From the NCBI GenBank assembly GCA_020853795.1, contig JADYYF010000044.1, forward strand, positions 1,058 to 65,057: a DNA stretch of 64,000 nt. The letters run 5' to 3'. Source of the DNA: Candidatus Zixiibacteriota bacterium (GTDB lineage: Bacteria > Zixibacteria > MSB-5A5 > CAIYYT01). Under the pieces are notes generated by a model that had not been told where the DNA came from, did no database searches, and saw only the letters and a program-made list of their open reading frames with translations. The translations under genes were made by a program, and so were the position numbers. Shown here piece by piece: positions 19,267-29,738 of the stretch (the stretch's first letter is position 1; the number at the start of each line of letters is the position of its first letter).

Positions 19267-21477
19267 ATGAGACACATTTACCTCGACTATAACGCAACCA
19301 CGCCGATCCATCCGGCGGTGGCCGATGCCATGCAGCCGTTCCTGCGCGATCACTACGGCAATCCCTCCAGTGCGCACTGGTTCGGTGTCCAGACGCGGAA
19401 GGCCGTTGAAGCCGCTCGCGCGCAAGTGGCAGCACTGCTGCGTTGCCAGCCGGACGAAATCATCTTTACCTCCGGCGGTAGCGAGTCGGACAACTATGCC
19501 ATCGCCGGTTACGCCCTCAAGAATCGCGGACGCGGTAATCACATCATCACCTCGCAAATCGAACATCCGGCCGTGCTTGAGGTGTGCCGTCACCTGGAGT
19601 CGCAGGGTTTTGATGTGACGTATCTGCCGGTCGATGCTGCTGGTCTGGTGGCTGTCGAGGATGTGCGGCGCAATCTGCGGCCGACGACGATTCTGATCTC
19701 GATCATGCAGGCCAACAACGAAGTGGGCACGATTCAGCCCTTGCGCGAAATCGCGGCGCTGGCGCACGATAGCGGGATCGTCGTGCACACCGACGCGGCG
19801 CAGGCCGTGGGAAAGATCCCGGTGACCGTGCCCGACTTGAGTGTTGACATGATCACCATCGCCGGGCACAAGCTGTATGCGCCCAAGGGCATTGGCGCGC
19901 TCTATGTGCGCCGCGGTCTTGATCTGCAACAACTGATTGTCGGCGCCGGTCATGAGCAGGGGCGGCGCGCCGGCACCGAAAACGTGCTGGAAATCGTCGG
20001 CTTGGGCGCCGCCTGCGCGCTGGTGGCGCGCGAGATGGACAACCGCGCGCCGGAAATGCGGCGGTTGCGCGATCTGTTGCAGGAATCGCTGCTGGCGCGC
20101 ATTCCCCAGGCTCGCGTCAATGGGCATGGCGAACGGCGACTGCCGAACACGCTGTCCGTTTCGTTCCCCGGCATCGAGGCCAACACAATCATTGCGGAAT
20201 TGGAGACGGTCGCCTGCTCTCCGGGTGCGGCATGTCATTCCGACAAGGTGATGATGTCGCACGTGCTGGAAGCGATGCAGGTGCCGGTGGAGTATGCGAT
20301 GGGGACGATTCGTTTCTCAGTGGGCTACATGACCAGCGAGGCGGAAGTCGTCGAAGCGGTCGAATCGATTGTAGCTACCATCGACCGGTTGCAGCCGCAA
20401 AGCCCGGCAGCAGCTATTGTGACGTCCGGCGTTGACAGCGATATCCGGCTCACGAAATTCACGCATGGTCTCGGCTGCGCCTGCAAACTGCGGCCGCAGG
20501 CGTTGGAGCGGATTCTCGCCGATCTGCCGCGCCCGCACGATGCGCGCGTGCTGGTTGGCGCCGAGTCGTCCGATGATGCGGCGGTCTTTCAGTTGCGCGA
20601 TGACCTGGCGGTCGTGCAGACCGTTGATTTCTTCACCCCGATCGTCGATGACCCCTATCACTTCGGCGCCATCGCCGCGGCGAACTCCCTTTCCGATATC
20701 TACGCGATGGGCGGCGAGCCGCTGTTTGCGCTCAGCGTGGTTGGATTTCCCTCAAATCGTTTGCCGATGTCGGTGCTGCAGCAAATCCTGCGTGGCGCTG
20801 CCGACAAGGCGGCTGAGGCCGGCATCAGCATCATTGGCGGCCATACCGTTGACGATACCGAGCCCAAGTACGGATTGGCCGTCACCGGCGTCGTTCACCC
20901 GGAGCGGATTCTGACGAATAATCGCGCGCGCGTCGGTGACAAGCTGATCCTGACGAAACCGATTGGAACGGGCATCATCGCGACGGCCATCAAACGGCAG
21001 TTGGCTGGAGCCGATATCACCCGGCGCGTTATCGACCTGATGAGTACGCTCAATCGAGCCGCGGCGAAAGTGCTTGTTGCATTCAATGTCTCCGCGGTTA
21101 CCGACGTCACCGGATTCGGTCTTCTGGGGCATCTGAAAGAAATGACGGTGGGGAGCAAGGTCAATGCGAGACTTGTGGCGTCCGCGGTGCCGATTCTCAA
21201 GGAGGCCGTCGAGTACGCGGTGGCCGGGACAATTCCGGGCGGAACCGAGAACAATCTCGATTATGTCCAACCTTATGTGGACTGGGGGGCGGGCATCGCG
21301 AACATCACCAGGATCGTGCTCGCTGACGCTCAGACCTCGGGTGGCCTATTGATCGCGGTGGAGCCAACGCAGGCTGGCCGGTTGGTCAATGAACTGCAGG
21401 CCGCCGGCGTCGACGCTGCCGCCGTCATCGGTACGATCGTCGAGCCGGGTGCCGGCAAAATCTTCGTGACTCCTTAG
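19267..21477 (+). CDS. selD: Fusion of NifS/IscS-class cysteine desulfurase or selenocysteine lyase (N-terminal) with selenophosphate synthetase SelD (C-terminal)
   Basis: N-terminal YLDYNATTP, GNPSS, HTDAAQAVGK, AGHKLYAPKG, SPGAACHS; C-terminal HGLGCACKL, DDAAV, TVDFFTPIVDDPY, TDVTGFGLLGHL, DAQTSGGLL; one uninterrupted 736-aa frame. Confidence 0.93.
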   Translation: MRHIYLDYNATTPIHPAVADAMQPFLRDHYGNPSSAHWFGVQTRKAVEAARAQVAALLRCQPDEIIFTSGGSESDNYAIAGYALKNRGRGNHIITSQIEHPAVLEVCRHLESQGFDVTYLPVDAAGLVAVEDVRRNLRPTTILISIMQANNEVGTIQPLREIAALAHDSGIVVHTDAAQAVGKIPVTVPDLSVDMITIAGHKLYAPKGIGALYVRRGLDLQQLIVGAGHEQGRRAGTENVLEIVGLGAACALVAREMDNRAPEMRRLRDLLQESLLARIPQARVNGHGERRLPNTLSVSFPGIEANTIIAELETVACSPGAACHSDKVMMSHVLEAMQVPVEYAMGTIRFSVGYMTSEAEVVEAVESIVATIDRLQPQSPAAAIVTSGVDSDIRLTKFTHGLGCACKLRPQALERILADLPRPHDARVLVGAESSDDAAVFQLRDDLAVVQTVDFFTPIVDDPYHFGAIAAANSLSDIYAMGGEPLFALSVVGFPSNRLPMSVLQQILRGAADKAAEAGISIIGGHTVDDTEPKYGLAVTGVVHPERILTNNRARVGDKLILTKPIGTGIIATAIKRQLAGADITRRVIDLMSTLNRAAAKVLVAFNVSAVTDVTGFGLLGHLKEMTVGSKVNARLVASAVPILKEAVEYAVAGTIPGGTENNLDYVQPYVDWGAGIANITRIVLADAQTSGGLLIAVEPTQAGRLVNELQAAGVDAAAVIGTIVEPGAGKIFVTP

Positions 21478-21483
21478 ATCGCG

Positions 21484-22575
21484 TTATGCCGACCGGCGGC
21501 GGTGTTTGAGAAAATCCCAAAAGATGTAATCGCCGAGATTATCGGCGGAGGCGAAGTAGGCGCGGCCGCGATTCAGCTCCGTCAGCTTGCGGACGAACTG
21601 CTGCAGGTAGGGGTCATCGGTGATCATAAACGTGGTGATTGCGATGCCTTTCTTACGGCAGACAATCGCTTCATCGAGCGTGCGATTCACGACTACCGGA
21701 TCAAGCCCGAACGGGTTCTTGTAGATTGAACCGTCGGTCCGCGTGATCATCGAAGGCTTGCCGTCGGTAATCATGAAGATTTGCTTATTGGCGCTCTTGC
21801 GGCGCAGGAGAATCTGCCGCGCCATCAAGAGCCCGGCCTTGGTGTTCGTGTGATAGGGGCCGACGCCAATATAGGGCAGGTCTTTGATCTGGACGCGCTG
21901 GGCGAAATCGCCAAAGAGCACGATATCCAGCGTGTCCTTCGGGAAGCGCGTCAGGATCATTTCGGTAAAGGCCATTGCCACCTGCTTGGCCGGTGTGATC
22001 CGATCCTCGCCGTAGAGAATCATCGAGTGCGAAATGTCGATCAACAGCACCGTCGAGCAGTTGGTCGCCTGCTCGGTCTCGAACACCTCCAGATCATCTT
22101 CCTCCATATTGAAGTTTAGTGACGCTGTGCGAGTGATGCTGTTCAGCAGGGAATTCTGGAAGTCGATATTGCGCAGGTTGTCGCCGAAGTTGAATCGGCG
22201 GCGCTCGGGCAGGACCTCTTCGGTGTTACCGCCCTCCTTGGCGAAAAGATGATTGCCGCCGCGCGAGGACTTCAGGTGCTCAAAAATCCGCTGGAACGCA
22301 TCCTGGCGCAGCGAACGCTCGCCTTTACGGGTGAGTTTCATGCCGGCCGGATCGACCGAGATGATGTTCTGGTCCTCAAGCTGTTGGCGAAACTCGTCCA
22401 GATTCGCGCCTTCCGGCAGGTAACCCATACGCTTCAACTGCTCCATGATCTGCATTGCCATCTTGACGTTGCCGTTGACCTGCAGCAGGATGTGGTTGAA
22501 GATCGACATCAGGTCGCGCATTTGCCGCAGCTGCTGCAGCAGCGCGTCGTCCCAGCGCGAATAGAAGAAGCGCAC
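21484..22575 (-). CDS. von Willebrand factor A domain protein
   Basis: MIDAS motif DISHSM, TNTKAGL, ITDGKPS; directly downstream of an AAA ATPase. Confidence 0.85.
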   Translation of the reverse strand: MRFFYSRWDDALLQQLRQMRDLMSIFNHILLQVNGNVKMAMQIMEQLKRMGYLPEGANLDEFRQQLEDQNIISVDPAGMKLTRKGERSLRQDAFQRIFEHLKSSRGGNHLFAKEGGNTEEVLPERRRFNFGDNLRNIDFQNSLLNSITRTASLNFNMEEDDLEVFETEQATNCSTVLLIDISHSMILYGEDRITPAKQVAMAFTEMILTRFPKDTLDIVLFGDFAQRVQIKDLPYIGVGPYHTNTKAGLLMARQILLRRKSANKQIFMITDGKPSMITRTDGSIYKNPFGLDPVVVNRTLDEAIVCRKKGIAITTFMITDDPYLQQFVRKLTELNRGRAYFASADNLGDYIFWDFLKHRRRSA

Positions 22576-22577
22576 GG

Positions 22578-24038
22578 TTAGTCCCTCAGCATGTTTTCGA
22601 GCATATCGACGTAAACGAAGCGATTATCGGGGGACTCCTTCGCGATCAAGTTGTGGCGGTGCAGCCCTTCCAGGATGAACTCCATCGCCAGCAGGACGCC
22701 GCGTTCATCGTTGGTCTTGTAGTAACGTTTGGCGATCTCCTTGAGGCCGACGATCTGCATCAGGGCCTCGCGGTAAGTTTTGTAGGTCTGTTCGTCGGAG
22801 ATCTCCAGACGCTTGCCGGCGGAAAAGAAATCGGTCACGGCCTCGTACACATTCTCCTGCGGGCGGCTGTCGACGTTCGGCTTGGCCGGCCGTGGTTCCG
22901 GAAACCGCTGACGGAAGACATTCTTAGTCGCTTCGCCGATCAGGCTCATCGCCACCATGTTCGGGCCCTCGAGTTCACCCTCGTACACCAGCTCCACCTT
23001 GCCGACGATCGACGCGACCGCGGCATACAGGTCGCAGATACGCGGGAAGAAATCGTCGTCCTGGTTGATTGCCGCGCGGCGTTCAACGTTTGAGATCAGA
23101 TTCTCATAGGCCGAGATCGTCAGGCGCGCCGAGACTCCCGAGGTCTGATCCACGTGCTCGCTCTTGCGTGCCTCGAAAGCGATCTCTTCGATGATGTCAT
23201 GAATCAGATCAGGCACTTCGACCTGGTGATCGCGTTTGTGCCAGGCTTCCTGCAGCGTGATCGCCTTCGCGGCAGCCATGTCCTGCGGATAGTGCGTGTT
23301 GATCTGGGACGCGATCCGGTCCTTGAGCGGAGTGATGATATTGCCGCGATTGGTATAGTCTTCCGGATTTGCGGTGAACGCCAGCATCATGTCGAGCGGC
23401 AGGCGGATCGGGAAGCCGCGAATCTGAAAATCGTTTTCTTCCAGGATATTCAGCAGCGCTACCTGAATTCGTGGCTGCAGGTCGGGAAGCTCATTGATGG
23501 CAAAAATACCGCGATTGGTGCGGGGAATAATACCCCAGTGAATAACGTTCTCGTCAGACAGATCGAGCCGCTCTTTGACCGCCTTGATCGGGTCAAGATC
23601 GCCGATCAGGTCGGCGACCGAAACGTCGGGTGTCGCCAGTTTCTCGTGGTAGCGTTCCTCCCGCGTGAGCCAGCCGATTTCCAGATCGTTGCCGGCTTCA
23701 GCGACCAGACGCTTGGAGGCGGCGGTGATGGGATTGTAGGGATCCTCGTTGAGCGGACTCCCTTTGATCACCGGAACCCGTTCATCAAGGAAGTTGGTCA
23801 ATTGTCGCAGAATGCGCGTCTTGGCCTGACCGCGCAGGCCCAGAAGCAAAACGTCGTGACGCGACAAGATCGCATTCTCCAGTTGCGGAATGACCGAGCG
23901 ATCGTAGCCGATGATGCCGGGCCAGCGCCGACGTCCGGCGCGAATCTGCTCCAGCAGGTTTGCCCGCATCTCGTCCTTGGTACTGCGCGCAACGTATTTG
24001 CTCGCCTGCAGCGCGCCCAGAGTTTGTGGTAATTTCAT
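22578..24038 (-). CDS. Mg-chelatase/MoxR-like AAA+ ATPase
   Basis: LLLGLRGQAKT Walker A variant, FAINELPDL, FTANPEDYTNRG, LKDRI; ATG 24038. Confidence 0.85.
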   Translation of the reverse strand: MKLPQTLGALQASKYVARSTKDEMRANLLEQIRAGRRRWPGIIGYDRSVIPQLENAILSRHDVLLLGLRGQAKTRILRQLTNFLDERVPVIKGSPLNEDPYNPITAASKRLVAEAGNDLEIGWLTREERYHEKLATPDVSVADLIGDLDPIKAVKERLDLSDENVIHWGIIPRTNRGIFAINELPDLQPRIQVALLNILEENDFQIRGFPIRLPLDMMLAFTANPEDYTNRGNIITPLKDRIASQINTHYPQDMAAAKAITLQEAWHKRDHQVEVPDLIHDIIEEIAFEARKSEHVDQTSGVSARLTISAYENLISNVERRAAINQDDDFFPRICDLYAAVASIVGKVELVYEGELEGPNMVAMSLIGEATKNVFRQRFPEPRPAKPNVDSRPQENVYEAVTDFFSAGKRLEISDEQTYKTYREALMQIVGLKEIAKRYYKTNDERGVLLAMEFILEGLHRHNLIAKESPDNRFVYVDMLENMLRD

Positions 24039-24180
24039 ATCGCCTTTCTCATTGACTCCTATCAAGGATTATACGCAGATGGTCAATCAATCATGGTTAG
24101 CATAGAGTCGATTTGGCGATTTTGTCACGCATAAGTAGATTGTTTTGGTCTTGGAACACCGATATTGAATGGATCAACCC

Positions 24181-24209
24181 TTGAAAATCTCCCGGCCAAT
24201 GATTAGGTT
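24181..24209 (+). promoter_or_regulatory. sigma70-type promoter TTGAAA-N17-TAGGTT for glgP
   Basis: Direct reading, 17-nt spacer, 75 nt upstream of the ATG. Confidence 0.5.
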
Positions 24210-24283
24210 GCAATTGACCCGGCCCGATTCGGTCATGGGAGTGCAGAATCCGACGGTCCGGTCGATAATGACAAGGAAGTCAA

Positions 24284-26854
24284 ATGGTTAAGGCGCTAAG
24301 ATACATCCAGGTTGAACCAGTCCTGCCTGAGGGATTAAAGCCCCTTCGCGACATCGCTTACAATCTATACTGGTGCTGGAACCATGAGGCGATTCAGCTC
24401 CTGCGTCGCATCGACTATAAGCTTTGGGAAGAGTCGGGGCATAACCCGGTTCGCCTGCTGTCGATGATCCCGCAGCCAAAGCTGGAGAAGCTGGAGCGCG
24501 ATGCCGCCTTCCGGGCACACCTGGAAAGTGTGGCACGCGAGTTCAGCGTTTACATGAATGGCGACACCTGGTTTGGCGAACAGCATTTCCGTGCCGACAA
24601 ACCGGAGATCGCCTATTTTTCGGCCGAATACGGGCTGACCGAGTCGCTGCCGATTTACTCCGGCGGTCTCGGTGTGCTGGCCGGCGATCATCTCAAGTCG
24701 GCCAGCGATCTGGGCCTGCCCTTGGTCGGCGTCGGCTTATTGTATCAGCGCGGCTATTTCCAGCAGTACCTCAATGCCGACGGCTGGCAGGGCGAATACT
24801 ATCCGGAACTCGATTTCTCGATGCTGCCGCTGACCGAGGTCACCGACAAGAACGGCGATCCGCTGTTTGTTACACTCGACATCGTTGGCCGCAAGGTCTC
24901 GATCAAGGTGTGGCGCATCCAGGTCGGCCGCGTACCGCTGCTGCTGCTCGACACCAACCTGGCGCAGAATGCCATCGAAGACCGCGACATCACCAGCGAG
25001 CTGTACGGTGGCGACACCGAAATGCGAATCAAGCAGGAGATGGTACTCGGCATCGGCGGCGTGCGTGCTCTCGAAAGTGCCGGCTTGTCGCCTTCGGTCT
25101 ACCACATGAATGAAGGCCACAGCGCGTTCTTGGCGATCGACCGCATCCGCCGTCGCATGCAACTGGATCACTTGAGTTTCAATGAAGCTGCGATGTTGGT
25201 CAAGCAGTCGACGATCTTCACGACGCACACGCCGGTACCGGCCGGCATCGACCGGTTCCCGCGCGATCTGATTGATCGCTACTTGCGGCCGTATTACTCC
25301 GAACTCGGGTTGAGTCCGAACGAGTTTTTTGCGTTCGGCAGTCCCGTCGGCGGCTACGCCAGCAACGAATTCAATATGGCGCATCTGGCGATGAATTCAT
25401 CCTCGCACATCAACGGCGTGAGCAAGCTCCATGCGGAAGTGTCGCGCAAGATGTGGCAAAACTCCTGGCCGGGCGTGCCGCTGAATGAGGTACCGATCGA
25501 TTCAATCACCAACGGCATTCATACCCGCTCCTGGATCTCGCAAGAAATTGCCGACTTGTACGGCCGCTACCTGGGTCTCGACTGGATGGACAAACCGGCG
25601 GATCACTCCTGCTGGAGCAATGTCGACGATATCCTCGACAGCGAGCTGTGGCGGACCCACGAACTCCGACGCGAGAAGATGATTTCCTTGATTCGGCAGC
25701 GGCTCAAAGAGCAGTATCAACGCCGGGGGGCCTCGCCGCGCGAACTGAAAGTTGTCAGTGAGGTGCTCAACTCCGAGCTGCTCACGGTCGGATTTGCCCG
25801 CCGATTCGCCTCCTACAAGCGCGGGGCACTCTTGTTCCGCGACATGGACCGACTGAAACGAATCGTCAACGATACCAAGCACCCGGTGCAATTCGTCTTC
25901 GCCGGTAAAGCCCATCCGCGCGACAATATCGGCAAGGAACTGATCAAGACCATCGTCCACACAATTCGCGATCCGCAACTGCGCGACCGGGTGGTCTTCC
26001 TTGAGAATTACGACCTGGCGATGGCGCGCTATCTGGTTCAGGGCGTCGACGTCTGGCTCAATACACCGCGACGGCCGATGGAAGCCTCCGGCACCAGCGG
26101 CATGAAGGTGGTCTTTAACGGCGGCCTCAACGTCAGCGTGTTGGACGGTTGGTGGGTCGAAGGTTATCGCGCCGACGTCGGTTGGGCCATTGGCTCCGGC
26201 GAGGAGTACGAAAACCACGACTATCAGGATGAGATCGAGGCCAACGCGCTGTACGATATTCTCGAGAAGGAAGTCGCGCCGACGTTCTACGATCGCGGCC
26301 GCGATGGCATTCCGCGCGAGTGGGTGGCCAAGATGAAGCGGTCGATCAAGCTCTTGAACCCGATGTTCAATTCCAACCGCATGGTGCAGGAGTACGCCGA
26401 CAAATTCTATATGAGTGCATTTCGCCAGTTCCGCATCCTCGAGAATGACAATTACGCCGAGCTGCGCTCGCTGGCATCGTGGTACAAGCACCTCAAAGAC
26501 CGCTGGGCGGACATCCGCATCCTGGAACTCAGTTCCGAAACGCCCTCAAAGGTTAGTGTCGCGACCCCGGTCTCGATTACGGCCCGAATTTTCATCGGCG
26601 AGTTCAAGCCCGACGACCTCAAGGTCGAACTCTACATTGGCCGGTTGTCACAGCGCGGCGAAATCGCTGATGCCCTGACCTTTGAAATGGACCCGGACGG
26701 CAGCGCCCAGGCGGGTGTCTACACCTACCGCTGCCACACCCCGCTCACAACGAGCGGTCGCTTCGGTTATTCCGTGCGGGTCTTGCCGGGACATCGGAGC
26801 GCCGTTCATCGCCATGAATTCGGCCTCATCACCTGGGCCAACGGTGACGTGTAA
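24284..26854 (+). CDS. glgP: Alpha-glucan (glycogen) phosphorylase
   Basis: YFSAEYG, YSGGLGVLAGDHLK, HMNEGH, GFARRFASYKR, EASGTSGMK (PLP lysine). Confidence 0.96.
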   Translation: MVKALRYIQVEPVLPEGLKPLRDIAYNLYWCWNHEAIQLLRRIDYKLWEESGHNPVRLLSMIPQPKLEKLERDAAFRAHLESVAREFSVYMNGDTWFGEQHFRADKPEIAYFSAEYGLTESLPIYSGGLGVLAGDHLKSASDLGLPLVGVGLLYQRGYFQQYLNADGWQGEYYPELDFSMLPLTEVTDKNGDPLFVTLDIVGRKVSIKVWRIQVGRVPLLLLDTNLAQNAIEDRDITSELYGGDTEMRIKQEMVLGIGGVRALESAGLSPSVYHMNEGHSAFLAIDRIRRRMQLDHLSFNEAAMLVKQSTIFTTHTPVPAGIDRFPRDLIDRYLRPYYSELGLSPNEFFAFGSPVGGYASNEFNMAHLAMNSSSHINGVSKLHAEVSRKMWQNSWPGVPLNEVPIDSITNGIHTRSWISQEIADLYGRYLGLDWMDKPADHSCWSNVDDILDSELWRTHELRREKMISLIRQRLKEQYQRRGASPRELKVVSEVLNSELLTVGFARRFASYKRGALLFRDMDRLKRIVNDTKHPVQFVFAGKAHPRDNIGKELIKTIVHTIRDPQLRDRVVFLENYDLAMARYLVQGVDVWLNTPRRPMEASGTSGMKVVFNGGLNVSVLDGWWVEGYRADVGWAIGSGEEYENHDYQDEIEANALYDILEKEVAPTFYDRGRDGIPREWVAKMKRSIKLLNPMFNSNRMVQEYADKFYMSAFRQFRILENDNYAELRSLASWYKHLKDRWADIRILELSSETPSKVSVATPVSITARIFIGEFKPDDLKVELYIGRLSQRGEIADALTFEMDPDGSAQAGVYTYRCHTPLTTSGRFGYSVRVLPGHRSAVHRHEFGLITWANGDV

Positions 26855-26862
26855 GCCGGCCG

Positions 26863-28347
26863 CTACGGCAGGATCTCTCCCACCACATTCTTGATCTTGT
26901 TGCCTTTGACGAAACGTGTGTTTTCGTCGCAACGGTTGATCAACATCAGCGTGGCCAATGGCACGGGCGACGGGAATTTCTTATTGAAATCCACGATGGT
27001 CATCGGCTCCGTCAGCGTGACAATTTTGATCCGCCACGGCTGAACGGCCAGGACCTTGGCATCGGTCAGCTTGGCGAAGCTCCGCACCGACGCGGTCACC
27101 GTCTGATCATTTTTCTGCCAGTTTTCCGCCACGCCGTAACCGAGAACTTGGAAGACATTACCTTCGTACGAGTAGAAATATGCCACGCCGCGCAGCGCGC
27201 CGTCCGCTGTCTGCGCAGAAAACTGCCCCCAGGCGGCGGGAATGCCGTTGAGGTTGCCGGTTTGGGTACCGCTGACCGCTAGTCCCTCTTGGGCGAAGAA
27301 TTGATTGGCGGCGGCTGTCTGCGAAGTCGCGTTGGAAAGCGTGATTTGGATCATTGCATCCTTCTCGGCGTTGATGCCGATGACGCCCTGCACCTGATTG
27401 GCGGTTGTCCAACCGGTCGGAAACTCGAACCGGAATTTGAAGTCGGGATGCAGGAAGACATTCTCTCGGAAGTAGCCGTGGCGCGGATTATCGCCGAAAA
27501 CGATGCCGTCGATCCTGGCCAGCAAGGCATCGCGGCCGACAACACTCTTGGACAGATCGGTGGAGATCGTGTCGACGTGCGAGCGGATCACGGTGGCGCG
27601 ATTCCCCGGATTCGGGTGGGTCGAGAGCCACTCCGGAATGCCGCTGCCGCCGGATGCCTGGGTCACACCATCCAGCATCTCCATGACACCAACCAATTGG
27701 CGCGGGTCGTGCTGCGTTCGCTGCATATAGCGCAGCCCCAGATAATCGGCCTCCGTCTCGTCGTCGCGACCGTACTTGAGAAAAAGCAATCCCAGCCCTT
27801 GGCTCGCAAGTCCGGCGAATTTCTCCAGCCGCGGTTCCAGAATTGTCCCGACGCCCAGTCCGATTGAGGCAACCTGCTGTTTGCTCATCTGCTCAACGGA
27901 GTGTTTGCCGGTGACATGACCGATTTCGTGGCCGATGACGCCCGTCAGCTCGGCTTCGCTGTTAAGGTGTGCCAGGATGCCGCGCGTAACGTAGATGAAT
28001 CCGCCCGGAAGTGCGAAGGCATTCACCATCGGGTCGTCCACGACCTTGAAACTCCAGGGCAGATTGGGGCGCTCGGATTGCGCGGCCATCTGCAGACCGA
28101 GATTGCTGACGTATGTCTGCAGGGCCGAGTCCGGATAAAGTCCCATCTGCGCGGAAATCTCCGCATCGGCTTGCTGCCCGATTGCCACCTCGCGCGCCTC
28201 ACTGATGAGGTTGAATTGACGCTTGCCGGTCGCCAGATTGGTGGCGCAGCCGTTAAGCAACAAGCAACCGATGAAGGCCGCAAGAATCGCTGCCCCAAGG
28301 AACCACAGGCGCCCGACACGGTCTGTGCGAAATCGTGGATGCTCCAT
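26863..28347 (-). CDS. M48-family zinc metalloprotease, predicted lipoprotein
   Basis: Lipobox LLNGC, VNAFALPGG, GHEIGH (HExxH), ETEAD, WLSTHP. Confidence 0.9.
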   Translation of the reverse strand: MEHPRFRTDRVGRLWFLGAAILAAFIGCLLLNGCATNLATGKRQFNLISEAREVAIGQQADAEISAQMGLYPDSALQTYVSNLGLQMAAQSERPNLPWSFKVVDDPMVNAFALPGGFIYVTRGILAHLNSEAELTGVIGHEIGHVTGKHSVEQMSKQQVASIGLGVGTILEPRLEKFAGLASQGLGLLFLKYGRDDETEADYLGLRYMQRTQHDPRQLVGVMEMLDGVTQASGGSGIPEWLSTHPNPGNRATVIRSHVDTISTDLSKSVVGRDALLARIDGIVFGDNPRHGYFRENVFLHPDFKFRFEFPTGWTTANQVQGVIGINAEKDAMIQITLSNATSQTAAANQFFAQEGLAVSGTQTGNLNGIPAAWGQFSAQTADGALRGVAYFYSYEGNVFQVLGYGVAENWQKNDQTVTASVRSFAKLTDAKVLAVQPWRIKIVTLTEPMTIVDFNKKFPSPVPLATLMLINRCDENTRFVKGNKIKNVVGEILP

Positions 28348-28442
28348 GACTTAATCCTCCACTGACAAAGTCTGCAGGATCGGGATCGGGGGTCGACTTG
28401 ACCCATGACCTCAACTGGTACAATGGTAGCCGCGGTCGGGCT

Positions 28443-29651
28443 TCAAGTCAAATCGCTTTTGGAAGTTGTAGCTGCCTCCGATTCGGCTAACTCCACTTCC
28501 AACGGCAAACCATAGGCGCCGCGCGGGGCATGCAGAATGAAACCCGGCAGCAGCGTGTTGACGAGTGTGTAGACAATCAGCCCGCCAAAGACATAACCGG
28601 GAACCTCGTACACGTCGCGCAGGATACCCGCGATGACCAGCGTGAAGACCAGCGTCGGCAGCAGGGCGGCGCCGACGCGCAGGCCGCCCTTCAGCGGCTC
28701 GGCAACGACGATCCGCATTAGTCCGGCGACCCAGAGTACGCGCAACGGCGCCATGATAGCGAAGATGGTCAATCCTACGGCAAACGACGCCGGCAGGAAG
28801 TCACTCCGTTCGAGGTGCAGACCGGCATGGAAGAAGTAGAACGGTACGAAGAACGACGCGAACACTTCGACCGCGTGCAGCATCTGCTCCGAGGCTATTG
28901 ACGCCAACTCGGTGCGAAATCGCTGGGCCGCGATTCCCGCCACGAAGGCGCCGACCAGGTAATACACGCCCAGTTCGCGAGTGACGAACGCGCACAGCAC
29001 GGCGGTCATGACCAGGAAGGCGAATTCCGAATTGGGTGCGTAGGGAAGCACAAGGCGCGCAAACGCTTTGAAGAGCAGCGGCAAGAGGGCGATCATCAGC
29101 ACGAGAACTCCCAGCGAGATCGAGAACCGTGGCAACGATGCCGATTGCAAAATGCCGAAGAGCACCGCCAACGCCACGATTTCGTTGGCCACCACCATCG
29201 TGCGTGCCCACCGTCCCTCGTTCGGGGTCATGCCGAACGAAGAGAGCGAATTGAGAATGAACCCGGCCGACGGCGTCAGCACCGCCAGCGCCACCAACAG
29301 CGCCGGACGCAAAGGTAGATCAAATGCCAGCATCGCAACCCAACCCGCCAGCGCCAACCCGGCAAGATTGGCGCCGATGTAGGCCGCCACGGTTGGCAAG
29401 CGGCTTTTGAGTTCGGCAAAGTCGATCTCCAATCCGGCAAACAAGAATAGAGCGACAATGCCGAACGTTGACAGCAGCCCGATCGTGGGGTCGTTATGGA
29501 AGAGCGAAAGCCCCATTCCGGCGCCGGCACCCAGCATGACACAGGTGATCGCCGACGGCAGCCGAAAACGCTGCAAAATCTTGGGCACGACAAAGAGTGC
29601 AAATAACGCCGCAATATAGAGCAGTTCCGGTTTCTGTATCAGTTCTTTCAT
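28443..29651 (-). CDS. Cation:proton antiporter (CPA2 / Na+/H+ exchanger family)
   Basis: About 12 hydrophobic segments; LFLFLAGLEID, GAFVAGI, FFVPFYFFHAG. Confidence 0.8.
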   Translation of the reverse strand: MKELIQKPELLYIAALFALFVVPKILQRFRLPSAITCVMLGAGAGMGLSLFHNDPTIGLLSTFGIVALFLFAGLEIDFAELKSRLPTVAAYIGANLAGLALAGWVAMLAFDLPLRPALLVALAVLTPSAGFILNSLSSFGMTPNEGRWARTMVVANEIVALAVLFGILQSASLPRFSISLGVLVLMIALLPLLFKAFARLVLPYAPNSEFAFLVMTAVLCAFVTRELGVYYLVGAFVAGIAAQRFRTELASIASEQMLHAVEVFASFFVPFYFFHAGLHLERSDFLPASFAVGLTIFAIMAPLRVLWVAGLMRIVVAEPLKGGLRVGAALLPTLVFTLVIAGILRDVYEVPGYVFGGLIVYTLVNTLLPGFILHAPRGAYGLPLEVELAESEAATTSKSDLT

Positions 29652-29686
29652 GCTGCGGTCCTCTCCGGTTCAGCCTATCGTGAAGA

Positions 29687-29715
29687 AGGCCTGGGAAAAC
29701 GTGCCTCCCAGGCCT
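29687..29715 (-). terminator. Hairpin after the flotillin gene (probable weak terminator)
   Basis: AGGCCTGGGA ... TCCCAGGCCT 10-bp inverted repeat. Confidence 0.45.
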
Positions 29716-29738
29716 CCCGGCAATCGCCTGAAATCGAC

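Noticed and set aside
20476-20484. Sec codon in the SelD active site
   Set aside because: The codons are TGC GCC TGC (Cys-Ala-Cys), with no in-frame TGA
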